This document shows positions 8,312-18,313 of a stretch of 64,000 nt of DNA, one piece after another. Numbering within the stretch: position 1 is the first letter of the stretch; each line of letters starts with the position of its first letter. The notes under the pieces are model-generated. The model was not told where the DNA came from and did not search any database. It was given only the letters and a program-made list of their open reading frames with translations. This DNA comes from Patescibacteria group bacterium. Its GTDB lineage: Bacteria; Patescibacteriota; Patescibacteriia; Patescibacteriales; GWC2-42-12. The DNA lies in NCBI GenBank assembly GCA_041662965.1, contig JBAZRI010000003.1:65331-129330 (forward strand). The letters run 5' to 3'. Both the position numbers and the translations under genes were made by a program.

Positions 8312-9742
8312 TTATTTTTCCAACTCCTTCAATTCCTCCTTCACCACCTCCCTGTCATCCCAAGGAATTTTTACGCCTTCGGGCCCGCAAATAGCCTGCT
8401 CGCAGCCTTTGCCGGTAATTAAAACCATATCGCCTTCGCCGGCCAAAGACAAAGCTTTTTTAATAGCCGCGCGCCGATCTTCAATTTTAAATAAATTTTC
8501 ATTTTCTTTTTTGCCGGCGTTTTTCGCTCCGACCGCCACCTGATCAATAATTAATTTCGGATCGTCGTCGTAAGGATCTTCGTTGGTTACGATTACTATA
8601 TCGGCTTTTTCTCCGGCCAAGGCTCCGAGCTTCGGCCGCCTAGCAACGTCGCGCCCGCCCCCGGCAGAGCCTATTACATGGATTATTTTACTATGCTCTA
8701 ATTTTAAAATAGTGCCGTATATTTTTTTTAAAGCCTCAGGCTCAAAAGCATAATCAACTATAACCGTAAAGCTTCCCCCCTCTCCTTTAAAAGGAGAGGG
8801 GCGGGGTGAGGTTATCAGCTCCAGCCTGCCGGGAATGCCATCAATTTTTTCCAAACCGATTTTTATTTTTTCCAAATCCACCCCTTGGCTAAGCCCTAAA
8901 CAAACCGCGGCCATGGCGTTAGCCGCGTTATATTCGCCCAATTGCTTTAAATTTACTACTGCCTCATCTTTTACTTTAAAACTCACGCCATTTTGGCTTG
9001 ATTCAATATTGCCATATTTTACAATCTGCGTTTTATCATCCGCCGGCTTGGCTTTTAATTCGCCTTTGGCATATTGCCACTTTTCTTCAGCCCAAAAAGA
9101 CAAAAAGAAATCAGCATATTTGTCATCGCCGTTAGCGATAATGGTTTTTTTAACCCGGTTAGACTCTATTTTCTTAAAACCATTTTCAGTTTTAACCACT
9201 CGCTTTTTATCATCGGCATATTTTGTTTTGCCTTGTTTTAAATGAAAAAATAATTTGCCTTTAGCCTGCTTATAGTTGGCAAAACTGCCGTGGGCTTCAA
9301 TATGCTCGGGATAAAGGCCGGTAAAAATTAAGATGTCGTAATTTATAAATTTGTGGCGGAATTGTTCAATGCCTTGCGAAGTGGTTTCAACGATAGCGTA
9401 TTGGCAGTTATTTTTTACCATTTGTTTTAGCATTTTTTGGGTAAAAAACCTGCCGGCCATGGTCATTTTTTTGTTATTCAGCCATTCGCTTCGGCCGTCA
9501 TTAAAAATAGCCGTTGAGGTAAAGCCGGTTTTATAGCCGGCCGAAGCCAGCATTTTAGAGATTAAATAAACGCTGGTGGTTTTACCGGTTGTGCCGGTTA
9601 CGCCGATAACGATAAGTTTATTTGACGGCCAGCCGTACCAAGCAGAAGCAATCAGGCTTAATAAAAAATGATAGGCCGGTTGTAGGGCCTTAAATAACTT
9701 TGTGGGTATATATTGTTTAATTATGTGCAGTAATTGTTCCAT
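8312..9742 (-). CDS. Mur ligase family protein (MurE-like UDP-MurNAc-peptide ligase)
   Basis: 476 aa with the P-loop GVTGTTGKTT, central and C-terminal Mur-ligase blocks (VDYAFEP), and a FemAB neighbour. Which amino acid it adds cannot be told from sequence. Confidence 0.8.
   Translation of the reverse strand: MEQLLHIIKQYIPTKLFKALQPAYHFLLSLIASAWYGWPSNKLIVIGVTGTTGKTTSVYLISKMLASAGYKTGFTSTAIFNDGRSEWLNNKKMTMAGRFFTQKMLKQMVKNNCQYAIVETTSQGIEQFRHKFINYDILIFTGLYPEHIEAHGSFANYKQAKGKLFFHLKQGKTKYADDKKRVVKTENGFKKIESNRVKKTIIANGDDKYADFFLSFWAEEKWQYAKGELKAKPADDKTQIVKYGNIESSQNGVSFKVKDEAVVNLKQLGEYNAANAMAAVCLGLSQGVDLEKIKIGLEKIDGIPGRLELITSPRPSPFKGEGGSFTVIVDYAFEPEALKKIYGTILKLEHSKIIHVIGSAGGGRDVARRPKLGALAGEKADIVIVTNEDPYDDDPKLIIDQVAVGAKNAGKKENENLFKIEDRRAAIKKALSLAGEGDMVLITGKGCEQAICGPEGVKIPWDDREVVKEELKELEK
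8777..8811. repeat. GC-rich palindromic element inserted in frame inside the Mur ligase ORF
   Basis: CCCCTCTCCTTT-A-AAAGGAGAGGGG followed by CGGGGTGAGG. Translated on the minus strand as ...TSPRPSPFKGEGGS.... Near-identical element at 44541. Confidence 0.85.
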
Positions 9743-9767
9743 AATTTACTGACGAGTTAAAATTTTA

Positions 9768-10739
9768 TTAAAACGTTCTTCTGGCTTGCCTGACCATTTT
9801 ATAAATACTGTACCAATTTTGATCAAAAATATAATCAAACGTTCCCGGATAATCATGCTCAAAGCCGCCAAAGCCTTTTTTAAATCTGGTTACTCCCGGC
9901 CACCTTTTTTCATTAATGCCGCATAAATCATAATATTTGAAACCCGCGGCTTTAACTTCTTTAATTATTTGCCAATGAAGCAAATAAGGCGCCATGACTT
10001 CGCGATCATGATCGGCCGAAGCGCCGTGCAAATAAGAAACCGTATCGCCGAAATAAGAAAAAATACCCGTAACTAACGGCTTGCCCTTATATTCGGCAAA
10101 ATACAGTTTTATAAAATCGCTGTCCGCTTCCAGCATTTTTTTGTAATAATCTATGCCGTGCGGGCGAAAATTATCCCGCTCGCCGGTTAAATTCATTAAT
10201 CGCCAAAAATCATCAAAACGCTCCGGCCCGGCTTCGACCATTTTTACTTCTTTTTTGGCCGCAAGTTTTATATTATACCTGGTTTTCTGATGCATCTCTT
10301 TCAATAATTCTTCTTCCGATTTGGTTAAATCTAAAATCAAGGTTTTGCTTGGCTGAATATCAAGAGTTTTCTGGATTTCTATCGGAGAGATATCAATCTT
10401 AAAAACCGGCTCAAAGCGAAGGAAAATCACATCTTCATTTTCCGCGAATTTTTTCAGCGCGTCAAATAATTCTTTTAAAATTTTTAATTTATCCTGATTG
10501 GCCCCGATAATCGGCCCGCGCGGGCATAAAAAATAACTCTTGCCCATGGGCAAGGTTTTTTTGACAAAAGTGGCCGCGGCCGCCAATTCATTATTCTCCA
10601 AAACGCCTAATCTGATAATTTTCCCGGCCGCCTTGCCCTGGAATTCCCCCCATTCAAACGATTGCAAAAACTGGCTCATAGTCTCTCGGCTAACAAAATC
10701 ATTCAGCTGTTTTTTGTCTGTGATAGTGATTATTTGCAT
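9768..10739 (-). CDS. FemAB-family peptidoglycan bridge aminoacyltransferase
   Basis: 323 aa with a FemAB-like N-terminus (FLQSFEWGEFQ) and overall family pattern. Adjacent to the Mur ligase. Confidence 0.75.
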   Translation of the reverse strand: MQIITITDKKQLNDFVSRETMSQFLQSFEWGEFQGKAAGKIIRLGVLENNELAAAATFVKKTLPMGKSYFLCPRGPIIGANQDKLKILKELFDALKKFAENEDVIFLRFEPVFKIDISPIEIQKTLDIQPSKTLILDLTKSEEELLKEMHQKTRYNIKLAAKKEVKMVEAGPERFDDFWRLMNLTGERDNFRPHGIDYYKKMLEADSDFIKLYFAEYKGKPLVTGIFSYFGDTVSYLHGASADHDREVMAPYLLHWQIIKEVKAAGFKYYDLCGINEKRWPGVTRFKKGFGGFEHDYPGTFDYIFDQNWYSIYKMVRQARRTF

Positions 10740-10748
10740 ATTATATTT

Positions 10749-10858
10749 ATCAAATAAAAATTTTATGGCCGTAGGGCTTTGCCCGCTATAAAATTTATAT
10801 TTGATACATTATATTTTTTGAAAATATTAAAAACTTTTTCTAAAAAAGTTTTTAAAGG
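10749..10858 (-). promoter_or_regulatory. Hairpin plus TATAAT cassette (copy 2 of 3) between the ruvA stop and the FemAB-family start
   Basis: Different AT stem (10749-10766 / 10788-10805), conserved loop GGCCGTAGGGCTTTGCCCGCT, and a distal block (10806-10858) nearly identical to 7740-7792. Confidence 0.6.
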
Positions 10859-10859
10859 C

Positions 10860-11438
10860 TTATTTACCTAACTTTTTTAAAGCTTGCCTGATTCTTTCGC
10901 CCGAATCTTTAATTTTAGCGTCAACATTATTTAAAGCTTCCCGCGCTTGCGAAAGAGAATAGCCTAAAGCCATTAGCGCGTCAATCTCGTCGCTTGAGCC
11001 TAATTGGCTGCCGCCGGGCAGACCATCGCCAAAATTTAATTTGCCGATTTTTTCTCTTAATTCTAAAACCACCCTTTCCGCGGTTTTACGGCCGATGCCG
11101 GAAACCTTGGTTAAGAGCGCCGGATCGCCGCGGCCGATTGATTCTTTAATATCCGCTACTGTGGCGATGGACATAGCTCCTAAAGCCGATTTCGGGCCGA
11201 TGCCGGAAATGGAAAGCAATAATTCAAATAATTCCAGCTCTGCCGTACTTTTAAAACCGTATAAATTCAAAGCGTCTTCGCGCACCTGCTGATACGTATA
11301 AAATTCAATCTCTTGATTAAGGTTTAAGTCAACATAAAGCAAGGGCGAAATAAAAACTTGATAACCGATATTATTTACTTCAAGTATCACAAAACCCTGG
11401 CCTTTATGCTTAATTTTTCCTTTTAAATATGAGATCAT
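10860..11438 (-). CDS. ruvA: Holliday junction branch migration complex subunit RuvA
   Basis: 192 aa with a typical RuvA N-terminus (MISYLKGKI...) and HhH motifs (SGIGPKSA, VSGIGRKTAERV). Confidence 0.9.
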   Translation of the reverse strand: MISYLKGKIKHKGQGFVILEVNNIGYQVFISPLLYVDLNLNQEIEFYTYQQVREDALNLYGFKSTAELELFELLLSISGIGPKSALGAMSIATVADIKESIGRGDPALLTKVSGIGRKTAERVVLELREKIGKLNFGDGLPGGSQLGSSDEIDALMALGYSLSQAREALNNVDAKIKDSGERIRQALKKLGK

Positions 11439-11490
11439 AATACCTTTATTTTCTCATAAATTGCTTAAAGATGCAATCTATAATAATTTA

Positions 11491-11518
11491 AAAGAGCACG
11501 ACTACCGTCATGCTCTTT
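11491..11518 (-). terminator. Hairpin terminator after the membrane protein gene
   Basis: AAAGAGCA-CGAC-TACC-GTCA-TGCTCTTT hairpin flanked by A/T runs. Confidence 0.5.
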
Positions 11519-11541
11519 TATATATAATCTTCTAAATTTTC

Positions 11542-12525
11542 TTACGCCTTCACCATATTATTCACCGCCCTGACTAATTTGCTGACTCCGCCCTTTTTTT
11601 CCAGTTCCAAAAACAAGCCGGTCCAGGAAGAAATTTGGAAAACCGCCAAAGCCGCTCCGGCCGAAACAACAATGAATAAAAAACTGGCAAAAGCCAAAAT
11701 AGCGATCAGCCAAGAGCCGACTAAAGAAAAAGCATAGTAAAATATCAAACCTAAAAATAAAAACGGCACGGCTAAAATTAGAATCGCCAAAACTATAGCC
11801 AACCCGACCAGCAGGTTGATGAAAAATAAAATAATCGCCATCTCAAAGCTAATCAGCCAATTTTCCTTAAACAGGCGCCAGCCTTGCTTAATCGCCGGTA
11901 CAACTTTGCTTTTATTGATAACCGCGTAAGCCACGGCGTATTTCATGATAAAAGATAAAATAATAGCCACCGGCGCGACAATAATTAAAGCAAAAATATA
12001 AAAAAGTTTAGCGTTAAAATTCCCTTGGTAAAAAATCGCCGGCAGGCTGACGGCCACTAATAATATATAAATAATGGCTTTGATTATAATATTTAAAGTC
12101 AGCACCGGCCAAAAATTTAAAATTCCGGAATTAAAACCGTCCCGGAGAGTATGCTTTTTTTGCTTAATAACCGCGGCGGAATTATTAACTACGGCCGCCT
12201 GCGAAACTATAACCAGCCAAATTAAAAATAAGCAAACAGCCAAAACAATCAAGCAAGTAATTAAAACAAAAATCATATTTAAAGTATCCTGTTTTAATAA
12301 ATTGCCGATATTAGTAAGAGTATGGCCGCTGAATATTCCGGTAGAAAAAATCCTCTGCCAAGACGGAAATAAAGCCTGCCCGGGGTTGGCGCCCGAGTTA
12401 TTGAATAAAATTTCAAATTCTCCGCCATTGCCTAAGAGCGCGGCAAAAATGCCAAACCACCAGAGATATTTATTGCGCCAGGTTAATTGCCAGGCCTGTT
12501 TTAAAATATTTCTATAAAATGGCAT
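11542..12525 (-). CDS. Multi-pass membrane protein, unknown function
   Basis: 327-aa ORF with several long hydrophobic segments and no recognisable catalytic motif. Confidence 0.6.
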   Translation of the reverse strand: MPFYRNILKQAWQLTWRNKYLWWFGIFAALLGNGGEFEILFNNSGANPGQALFPSWQRIFSTGIFSGHTLTNIGNLLKQDTLNMIFVLITCLIVLAVCLFLIWLVIVSQAAVVNNSAAVIKQKKHTLRDGFNSGILNFWPVLTLNIIIKAIIYILLVAVSLPAIFYQGNFNAKLFYIFALIIVAPVAIILSFIMKYAVAYAVINKSKVVPAIKQGWRLFKENWLISFEMAIILFFINLLVGLAIVLAILILAVPFLFLGLIFYYAFSLVGSWLIAILAFASFLFIVVSAGAALAVFQISSWTGLFLELEKKGGVSKLVRAVNNMVKA

Positions 12526-12601
12526 AAAAAATCCTCCTAATACCGCTTTTAAAGCGAGGTTTAATTATTAATACTTATATTATACCACAAGATATATCGC
12601 C

Positions 12602-12645
12602 TGTCATTGCGAGAAGCCTGTAATCAGGAGACGCGGCAATCTCAC
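12602..12645. repeat. TGTCAT-headed repeat, single half-unit
   Basis: TGTCATTGCGAGAAGCCTGTAATCAGGAGACGCGGCAATCTCAC, followed by the GCCTGCCGGCAGGC palindrome at 12665-12678. Confidence 0.8.
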
Positions 12646-12725
12646 ATAGCAAATACGAGTTCCCTGCCTGCCGGCAGGCGCAGTAAAAAAAATCACTAAT
12701 CAAAGCCTTTGCCCGCTGTTAACAA

Positions 12726-14558
12726 TTATTCTCCTTCTTTTAGCTTAGGGCCGACAATTTTTTCAAACTCCTCTTTTTCCAAAGTCTCTTTAACTAACAG
12801 CTCGGCCACGACTTTTTCTAAAATTTCGCGTTTGGCTTTAACCAAGCCTTTGGCTTGATGCACGGCCTTATCAATAAAATTGGATATTTCTTTATCAATC
12901 TGCTCGGCCACTTTTTCGCTGTAATCGCGCTGCTCATGAATTTCCCGGCCTAAAAATATCATCTCGTCTTTTTCGCCGTAAGTGCGCGGTCCTAAAGTAT
13001 CGCTCATGCCGAAATCGGTAATCAATTTTCTGGCCAAATTAGTGGCACGGCGCAAATCAGATGTGGCACCGGTGGTAACTTCGCCGAAAATCTCTTCTTC
13101 TGTAATATAGCCGGCGAGCAAAACGGCGATTTCTTCAACATACTCGGTCTTAGAATACATATGTTTGTCTTCTAAGGGCAGCTTTAAAGTATAGCCGCCG
13201 GCTTGGCCGCGGGCGATAATGGAAACCTTTTGCACCGGATCGCTATGCAGTAGAAAGTGGGCGACAACGGCGTGCCCGGCTTCGTGGTAGGCGGTTATTT
13301 TTTTCTCTTTATCTGACAAAATTCTTGATTTTCTTTCCGGACCGAGCATGACTTTTTCAATGGAAGAAAAAATTTCTTCCAAATCAATTATTTTTTTATT
13401 CTTCATGGCGGCTAAAATCGCGGCTTCATTTAAAAGATTGGCTAAATCCGCGCCCGTAAAGCCCGGCGTTCTTTCCGCCACTCTCTTTAAGCTTACTTCT
13501 TTGCCTAACGGCTTTTTCTTGGAGTGAACCTTTAAAATCGCCTCGCGATCGGCCAGGTCTGGCTCGTCTAAAATAACCCGGCGGTCAAAGCGCCCGGGCC
13601 GCAGAAGCGCTGGATCTAAAACGTCGGGGCGGTTAGTGGCCGCGATAACAATAACGTTAGTAGTCACGTCAAAGCCGTCCATTTCCACTAAAATCTGGTT
13701 TAAAGTCTGCTCGCGCTCGTCATGCGAGCCGCCGAGTCCGGCGCCGCGCCGGCGGCCGACCGCGTCAATTTCATCAACAAAAATTATGCAAGGCGCGCTT
13801 TTTTTGGCTTTACGGAATAAATCTCTGACGCGCGAAGCGCCGACGCCCACGAACATTTCCACGAATTCGGAGCCGGAGATGGAAAAAAACGGCACGCTGG
13901 CCTCGCCGGCGACCGCGCGGGCCAGCAAAGTTTTACCCGTGCCCGGTGAACCCAAAAGTAAAACGCCGCGCGGCGTGCGCGCTCCCAGCTCGGAAAATTT
14001 CTTAGGATTTTTTAAAAATTCAACCACCTCGGATAATTCTTCTTTAGCCTCTTTGGCCCCGGCCACGTCTTTAAAAGTCACCTTGCCTTTAAATTCCCGG
14101 CCGGTTTCTCTGGCCTGGGACTGGCCGAACATCATAGCTTTGGAATTAGCGCCCTGGACCGAGCGCATCATGAAATAAATAAAAACGCTGATCAGTAAAA
14201 AAGGAATTAAAAACGGCAGAATCGTTGCCAGCCAAAAATCCAAGCCTTGATTATCCTGCACTTCAATCAATAGGCCGTTTAATTTGCTCGGATCAACATT
14301 ATAATTTTTAACAATCTGCGAAAAAGTGTCACCCGGCTCTTTTTTTACCACTTGGCTTTTTCCATCCTTTAAAGTCGTTCTTATTTCATTGCCGACAATG
14401 GCGATTTTGGCCACCGTCTGATTATTAATCTGGCCGATTAAAGTCTCCACTCCGACTTGCTCGGCTTTTTGCCCGCCGCCGCCGAAAAAACTGAAAAGCG
14501 CGGCAATCAGCAAAAATACCGTAAAAAATATTAAAAAGTTTTTGATTAAATTTTTCAT
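12726..14558 (-). CDS. ftsH: ATP-dependent zinc metalloprotease FtsH
   Basis: 610 aa with an N-terminal TM segment, Walker A GSPGTGKT, an AAA+ module and the HEAGHAV zinc site. Confidence 0.95.
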   Translation of the reverse strand: MKNLIKNFLIFFTVFLLIAALFSFFGGGGQKAEQVGVETLIGQINNQTVAKIAIVGNEIRTTLKDGKSQVVKKEPGDTFSQIVKNYNVDPSKLNGLLIEVQDNQGLDFWLATILPFLIPFLLISVFIYFMMRSVQGANSKAMMFGQSQARETGREFKGKVTFKDVAGAKEAKEELSEVVEFLKNPKKFSELGARTPRGVLLLGSPGTGKTLLARAVAGEASVPFFSISGSEFVEMFVGVGASRVRDLFRKAKKSAPCIIFVDEIDAVGRRRGAGLGGSHDEREQTLNQILVEMDGFDVTTNVIVIAATNRPDVLDPALLRPGRFDRRVILDEPDLADREAILKVHSKKKPLGKEVSLKRVAERTPGFTGADLANLLNEAAILAAMKNKKIIDLEEIFSSIEKVMLGPERKSRILSDKEKKITAYHEAGHAVVAHFLLHSDPVQKVSIIARGQAGGYTLKLPLEDKHMYSKTEYVEEIAVLLAGYITEEEIFGEVTTGATSDLRRATNLARKLITDFGMSDTLGPRTYGEKDEMIFLGREIHEQRDYSEKVAEQIDKEISNFIDKAVHQAKGLVKAKREILEKVVAELLVKETLEKEEFEKIVGPKLKEGE

Positions 14559-14571
14559 TTATTTTTCCGTT

Positions 14572-14619
14572 TGTCATTCCCGCGTAGGCCTGCCTGCCCG
14601 GTAGGTAGGCGGGAATCCA
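14572..14619. repeat. TGTCAT-headed repeat, TGTCATTCCCGC...GCGGGAATCCA sub-family
   Basis: TGTCATTCCCGCGTAGGCCTGCCTGCCCGGTAGGTAGGCGGGAATCCA. A related unit is at 45334-45360. Confidence 0.8.
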
Positions 14620-14665
14620 CTTCCTTAATTTAATAAATTATATAGCATTTACTCATTTCTGGCAA

Positions 14666-16072
14666 TCAGGCGGAAAATTTATCCCTGAAAAAATTATCCA
14701 AATCAGCTATTTTAACTCTCGCCTGTTCCATAGTATCGCGGTCGCGCACCGTTACGTCGCCTTTTTCCAAACTGTCAAAATCAACGGTTAAGCAATAAGG
14801 CGTGCCGATTTCATCCTGCCGGCGGTAGCGCTTGCCGATATTGCCGTGATCGTCAAATTCGCACATGTAATTAATTTTTAAATTTTTATAAATCTCTTTG
14901 GCTTTTTTAACCAGTTCCGGCTTATTTTTTAAAAGCGGGAAGATGGCGATTTTAATTGGCGCCAAATGCTTAGGAAATTTCATAACCACTCTAATTTCGC
15001 CTTTAACTTCTTCTTCAGAGTAGGCAAAATCAAGGAACATCAAAAGTAGCCGATTGAGTCCGACTGATGTTTCCATAATATGCGGAATAAATTTCTCGCC
15101 GGTTTTTTCATCGGTATAATTGAGTGGAACGCCGGAAAATTTTGCATGCTGGCTCAAATCCCAATTGCCTCTGGCGTGGATTCCTTCAACCTCGTCAAAT
15201 CCGCCGAATATTTTAAAATCGTACACAATATCGTAAGCCTCGGAAGCGTAATGAGCCAGTTTTTCGTGTTTAAACCATTTTATTTTATCCGCCGGAATGC
15301 CATTGGCTAAATACCACTGCCATCTTAAATCTTTCCACATTTCGTATTTCTCTTTCATCATGCTGGGATGGAGAAAATATTGCATTTCCATTTGCTCAAA
15401 TTCCCGCGTCCGAAAAATAAATTGCCGCGCTACAATTTCGTTTCGGAAAGCCTTGCCAACTTGGGCGATGCCGAACGGCAGTTTTTTATGGAGTGAATCG
15501 ACCGTATTTTTATATTCCAAATATATGCCGCCACAAGTTTCCGGCCTTAGATACACAACATTTTCTTCTTTTAGCTCTTCGGTCGGAGAACCGATGTTTG
15601 ATTTCACCATCAGCGAAAATATTTTCGCGTCGGTTAATTTATCCGAACCGCAATTAGGGCATTTTAACTTCTTCTTCTCCCGAAGTTCGGTCAAATGCTT
15701 ATTAATTTCTTCTAAAGTGGCTTTATCCGCTTCAATCCCGTAATTTTTCAGCAAATGATCCGCCCTAAATCTGTTTTTGCAATCTTTGCAGTCAATTTGA
15801 GGATCATTAAAACCGCCCACGTGCCCGGAAGCCACCCAGGTTGTCGGATGCATAAAAATCGCGCTATCAAGGCCGACAACATCATCCCGCGTTTGAATCA
15901 TGCTTTTCCACCACGAATCACGGATATTATTTTTTAACAGCGTTCCATAATGGCCATAATCATAAATCGCCGCCAAGCCGCCGTAAATTTCCGAAGACGG
16001 ATACACAAACCCCCGCCGCTTGCATAAAGAAGCGATTTTTTCCAATGTTGTGTTATCCTTTTTATTTGCCAT
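14666..16072 (-). CDS. glyQS: Glycine--tRNA ligase (dimeric class II GlyQS type)
   Basis: 468 aa with a typical N-terminus (RRGFVYPSSEIYGG) and class II motifs. Confidence 0.9.
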   Translation of the reverse strand: MANKKDNTTLEKIASLCKRRGFVYPSSEIYGGLAAIYDYGHYGTLLKNNIRDSWWKSMIQTRDDVVGLDSAIFMHPTTWVASGHVGGFNDPQIDCKDCKNRFRADHLLKNYGIEADKATLEEINKHLTELREKKKLKCPNCGSDKLTDAKIFSLMVKSNIGSPTEELKEENVVYLRPETCGGIYLEYKNTVDSLHKKLPFGIAQVGKAFRNEIVARQFIFRTREFEQMEMQYFLHPSMMKEKYEMWKDLRWQWYLANGIPADKIKWFKHEKLAHYASEAYDIVYDFKIFGGFDEVEGIHARGNWDLSQHAKFSGVPLNYTDEKTGEKFIPHIMETSVGLNRLLLMFLDFAYSEEEVKGEIRVVMKFPKHLAPIKIAIFPLLKNKPELVKKAKEIYKNLKINYMCEFDDHGNIGKRYRRQDEIGTPYCLTVDFDSLEKGDVTVRDRDTMEQARVKIADLDNFFRDKFSA

Positions 16073-16085
16073 ATTATTAACTCCC

Positions 16086-16208
16086 TGTCATTGCGAGGAG
16101 CGAATTAAGCGAAGCGTAATGAGCGACGCGGCAATCTCCGGTTCAATGGCATATACGTTGATTTTTACCAGAGATTGCTTCGCCATGAGTACATGGCTCG
16201 CAATGACA
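16086..16208. repeat. TGTCAT-headed repeat, two inverted half-units (long hairpin)
   Basis: TGTCATTGCGAGGAGCG...GCGGCAATCTC is mirrored by GAGATTGCTTCGCC...GCTCGCAATGACA, located upstream of glyQS. Confidence 0.85.
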
Positions 16209-16280
16209 AATATTATTTGTTATTAGCTAAACTATAGCTTAATTTATTATATCATTTTTTTATATCTTAAGTCTATTTTA

Positions 16281-16309
16281 AAAGCGCCTCTAATTCAGAA
16301 GCGCTTTTA
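16281..16309 (-). terminator. Intrinsic terminator after rpsA
   Basis: AAAAGCGC-loop-GCGCTTTT hairpin immediately after the stop, with a T-run on the minus strand. Confidence 0.55.
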
Positions 16310-16313
16310 AATT

Positions 16314-17570
16314 TTATTTTTCCTTTTTCTTCTTCGCCGATTTGTCCTTTTTCTCTGGCGCGTCATCAGCCTTTTCTTTCTTCACCTTTTTAGTTTTAGC
16401 CTTTTTTTCGCCTTCGTTTTTTTTATCTTCTTTATGTTTACTTTTTACGGCAGGCTGTTCGGCCTCGGCCGAAACGGACAAGCCTAAGCGGTGATCTTTC
16501 GGCTCAATGGAAACAATGGTAAAATCCCGTTTTTCTCCCGAGTGAAAAGCCTCGCTGATTTTTTGCCCCGCGGCCAAGCCGATCTGGCTGATATGCGCTA
16601 AGCCGTGGATATCCGGGTCCAACTCAACGAACAAGCCGAACGGGTTAACTTTAAGGATAGTGCCGGAAACCACCTGGCCGACTTTATATTTCTTTTCCAC
16701 GTCATGCCAAGGATCAGTTAAAAGCTTCTTGGCTGATAAAAATATTTTTGAGCCTTCAATGGAAATTATTTCGGCCTTGACTTTGTCCCCGACTTTAAAT
16801 AAGTCCGACGGATCATCAATGCGCTGCCAAGCCAATTCGGAAATATGAATCAAGCCTTCTAAGTTTTCGCCAAAGCTGACGAAGACTCCGAAGTCGGTTA
16901 AGGCCGTAATCGCGCCTTCGACCACGCTGCCGACTTTATATTTGGAAATTATGTCTTTTTGCTTTTCTTGCCAAGCTTCTTTCTCGCTGACAATTAATTT
17001 TTCGTCTTTTTCGTCCAAAGTCATAACTTTGACTTCAAAGTCAGTGCCGACGAAAGATTTTAACTTGTCTAAAATTCTGCCTTTATCGCCGCCGTTAACT
17101 CGCGGATAATTTTCCGGCGCTAATTGCGACACCGGTAAAAAGCCCTGAATTTGGCCATAGCTTACCAGTAAGCCGCCTTTATTGGCGTCTTGAACTCTGA
17201 ATTTCAATATGGTTCTATTTTCATAAGCATCAAATAAAGCGCTCCAGGCTTTTTGCTGGCCGGCGCTCCTGAATGACAGCTCTAAATCCCCGTTTTCATT
17301 TTCCTCTTCAACGATAGTCGCTTCAACTTCATCGCCCGGCTTTAAATTGGCGTATTCTTCGGCTTCAAAATAAAGCTCGCGGCCGCGCACCACGCCGGTA
17401 GCTATGCCGTCAATATCAAGCTTAACCTCGGCTTTTGAAGCGGACAAAACCGTACCCTTGATAATTTCTCCGACTTGAGGAATCTTGGCGTTTTCCGCGT
17501 CCAATAATTTTTGAAAATCATCGTTGGAAACGTCAGATTGCCCGTTATTTAACTTAGTTTCTTCCGTCAT
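16314..17570 (-). CDS. rpsA: 30S ribosomal protein S1 (four S1 domains) with a lysine-rich C-terminal tail
   Basis: 418 aa with repeated S1 OB-fold signatures (G.V.G.V..i..fG.FV) and a KKxK-rich tail. Confidence 0.85.
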   Translation of the reverse strand: MTEETKLNNGQSDVSNDDFQKLLDAENAKIPQVGEIIKGTVLSASKAEVKLDIDGIATGVVRGRELYFEAEEYANLKPGDEVEATIVEEENENGDLELSFRSAGQQKAWSALFDAYENRTILKFRVQDANKGGLLVSYGQIQGFLPVSQLAPENYPRVNGGDKGRILDKLKSFVGTDFEVKVMTLDEKDEKLIVSEKEAWQEKQKDIISKYKVGSVVEGAITALTDFGVFVSFGENLEGLIHISELAWQRIDDPSDLFKVGDKVKAEIISIEGSKIFLSAKKLLTDPWHDVEKKYKVGQVVSGTILKVNPFGLFVELDPDIHGLAHISQIGLAAGQKISEAFHSGEKRDFTIVSIEPKDHRLGLSVSAEAEQPAVKSKHKEDKKNEGEKKAKTKKVKKEKADDAPEKKDKSAKKKKEK

Positions 17571-17699
17571 AAAATAAAAAAATTATCCTAACCTCTCTTC
17601 GCAGAGAAGTCCTTTAGCCGCCTTGACTAAAGGCTTAATTATAGGCGTTATTTAATTTGTTTTTATATTATACACTATTAATTTAAAATTGCAAGCATT

Positions 17700-18119
17700 T
17701 CAATTAAACACCAGACTATTTTTTATATCTAATAAATATTTTCTACAAATATTTTTCTCTTCTTTATCTACCAATTCAAAAACCAAGTTATCAATATTTA
17801 TTTTGCCGCCGGTCTTTTTAATATAATGTTTAATCTCGCATTTTTTTTCACCCGCTTCTTCCATATAAAAACTAATATTTTTCGCGCCGATTGTTTTAAA
17901 GCCTTCGGGCAAATCAAAGCCATAGCCCATTAAAACATTGCTGATAAGCAAACCGTCTGCGGTCTCGGCTATAACGTAAGGCGAAACTTGATGGGCGATT
18001 TGCGAACTTAGCCAATCAACGCTTTCATCGCGCATTAAAGCGTACCAAATAGCGAAAATGCCGGCGCCGGTCGCTAAAAATAAAATTAAAAATTTTACAG
18101 TATAATTTTGCTCGCGCAT
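17700..18119 (-). CDS. Hypothetical membrane-anchored protein
   Basis: 139-aa ORF with one N-terminal hydrophobic helix. Confidence 0.5.
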   Translation of the reverse strand: MREQNYTVKFLILFLATGAGIFAIWYALMRDESVDWLSSQIAHQVSPYVIAETADGLLISNVLMGYGFDLPEGFKTIGAKNISFYMEEAGEKKCEIKHYIKKTGGKINIDNLVFELVDKEEKNICRKYLLDIKNSLVFN

Positions 18120-18313
18120 AATTAAAAAATAACAATATCTATAATCTATTCATATTTTATCTTTTTTACCAATTTTAGGCAAATAAAATATCAATATAAT
18201 TATAATTTGTATTTTAAAGGCGAGCCTAGAAAAATTTAGGTTTAAATTTGCGGAAAAAAATAATAAAATATAAAAAAGAGCGCTATTACGCGCCCTTTTT
18301 TCTAAAAATTATA

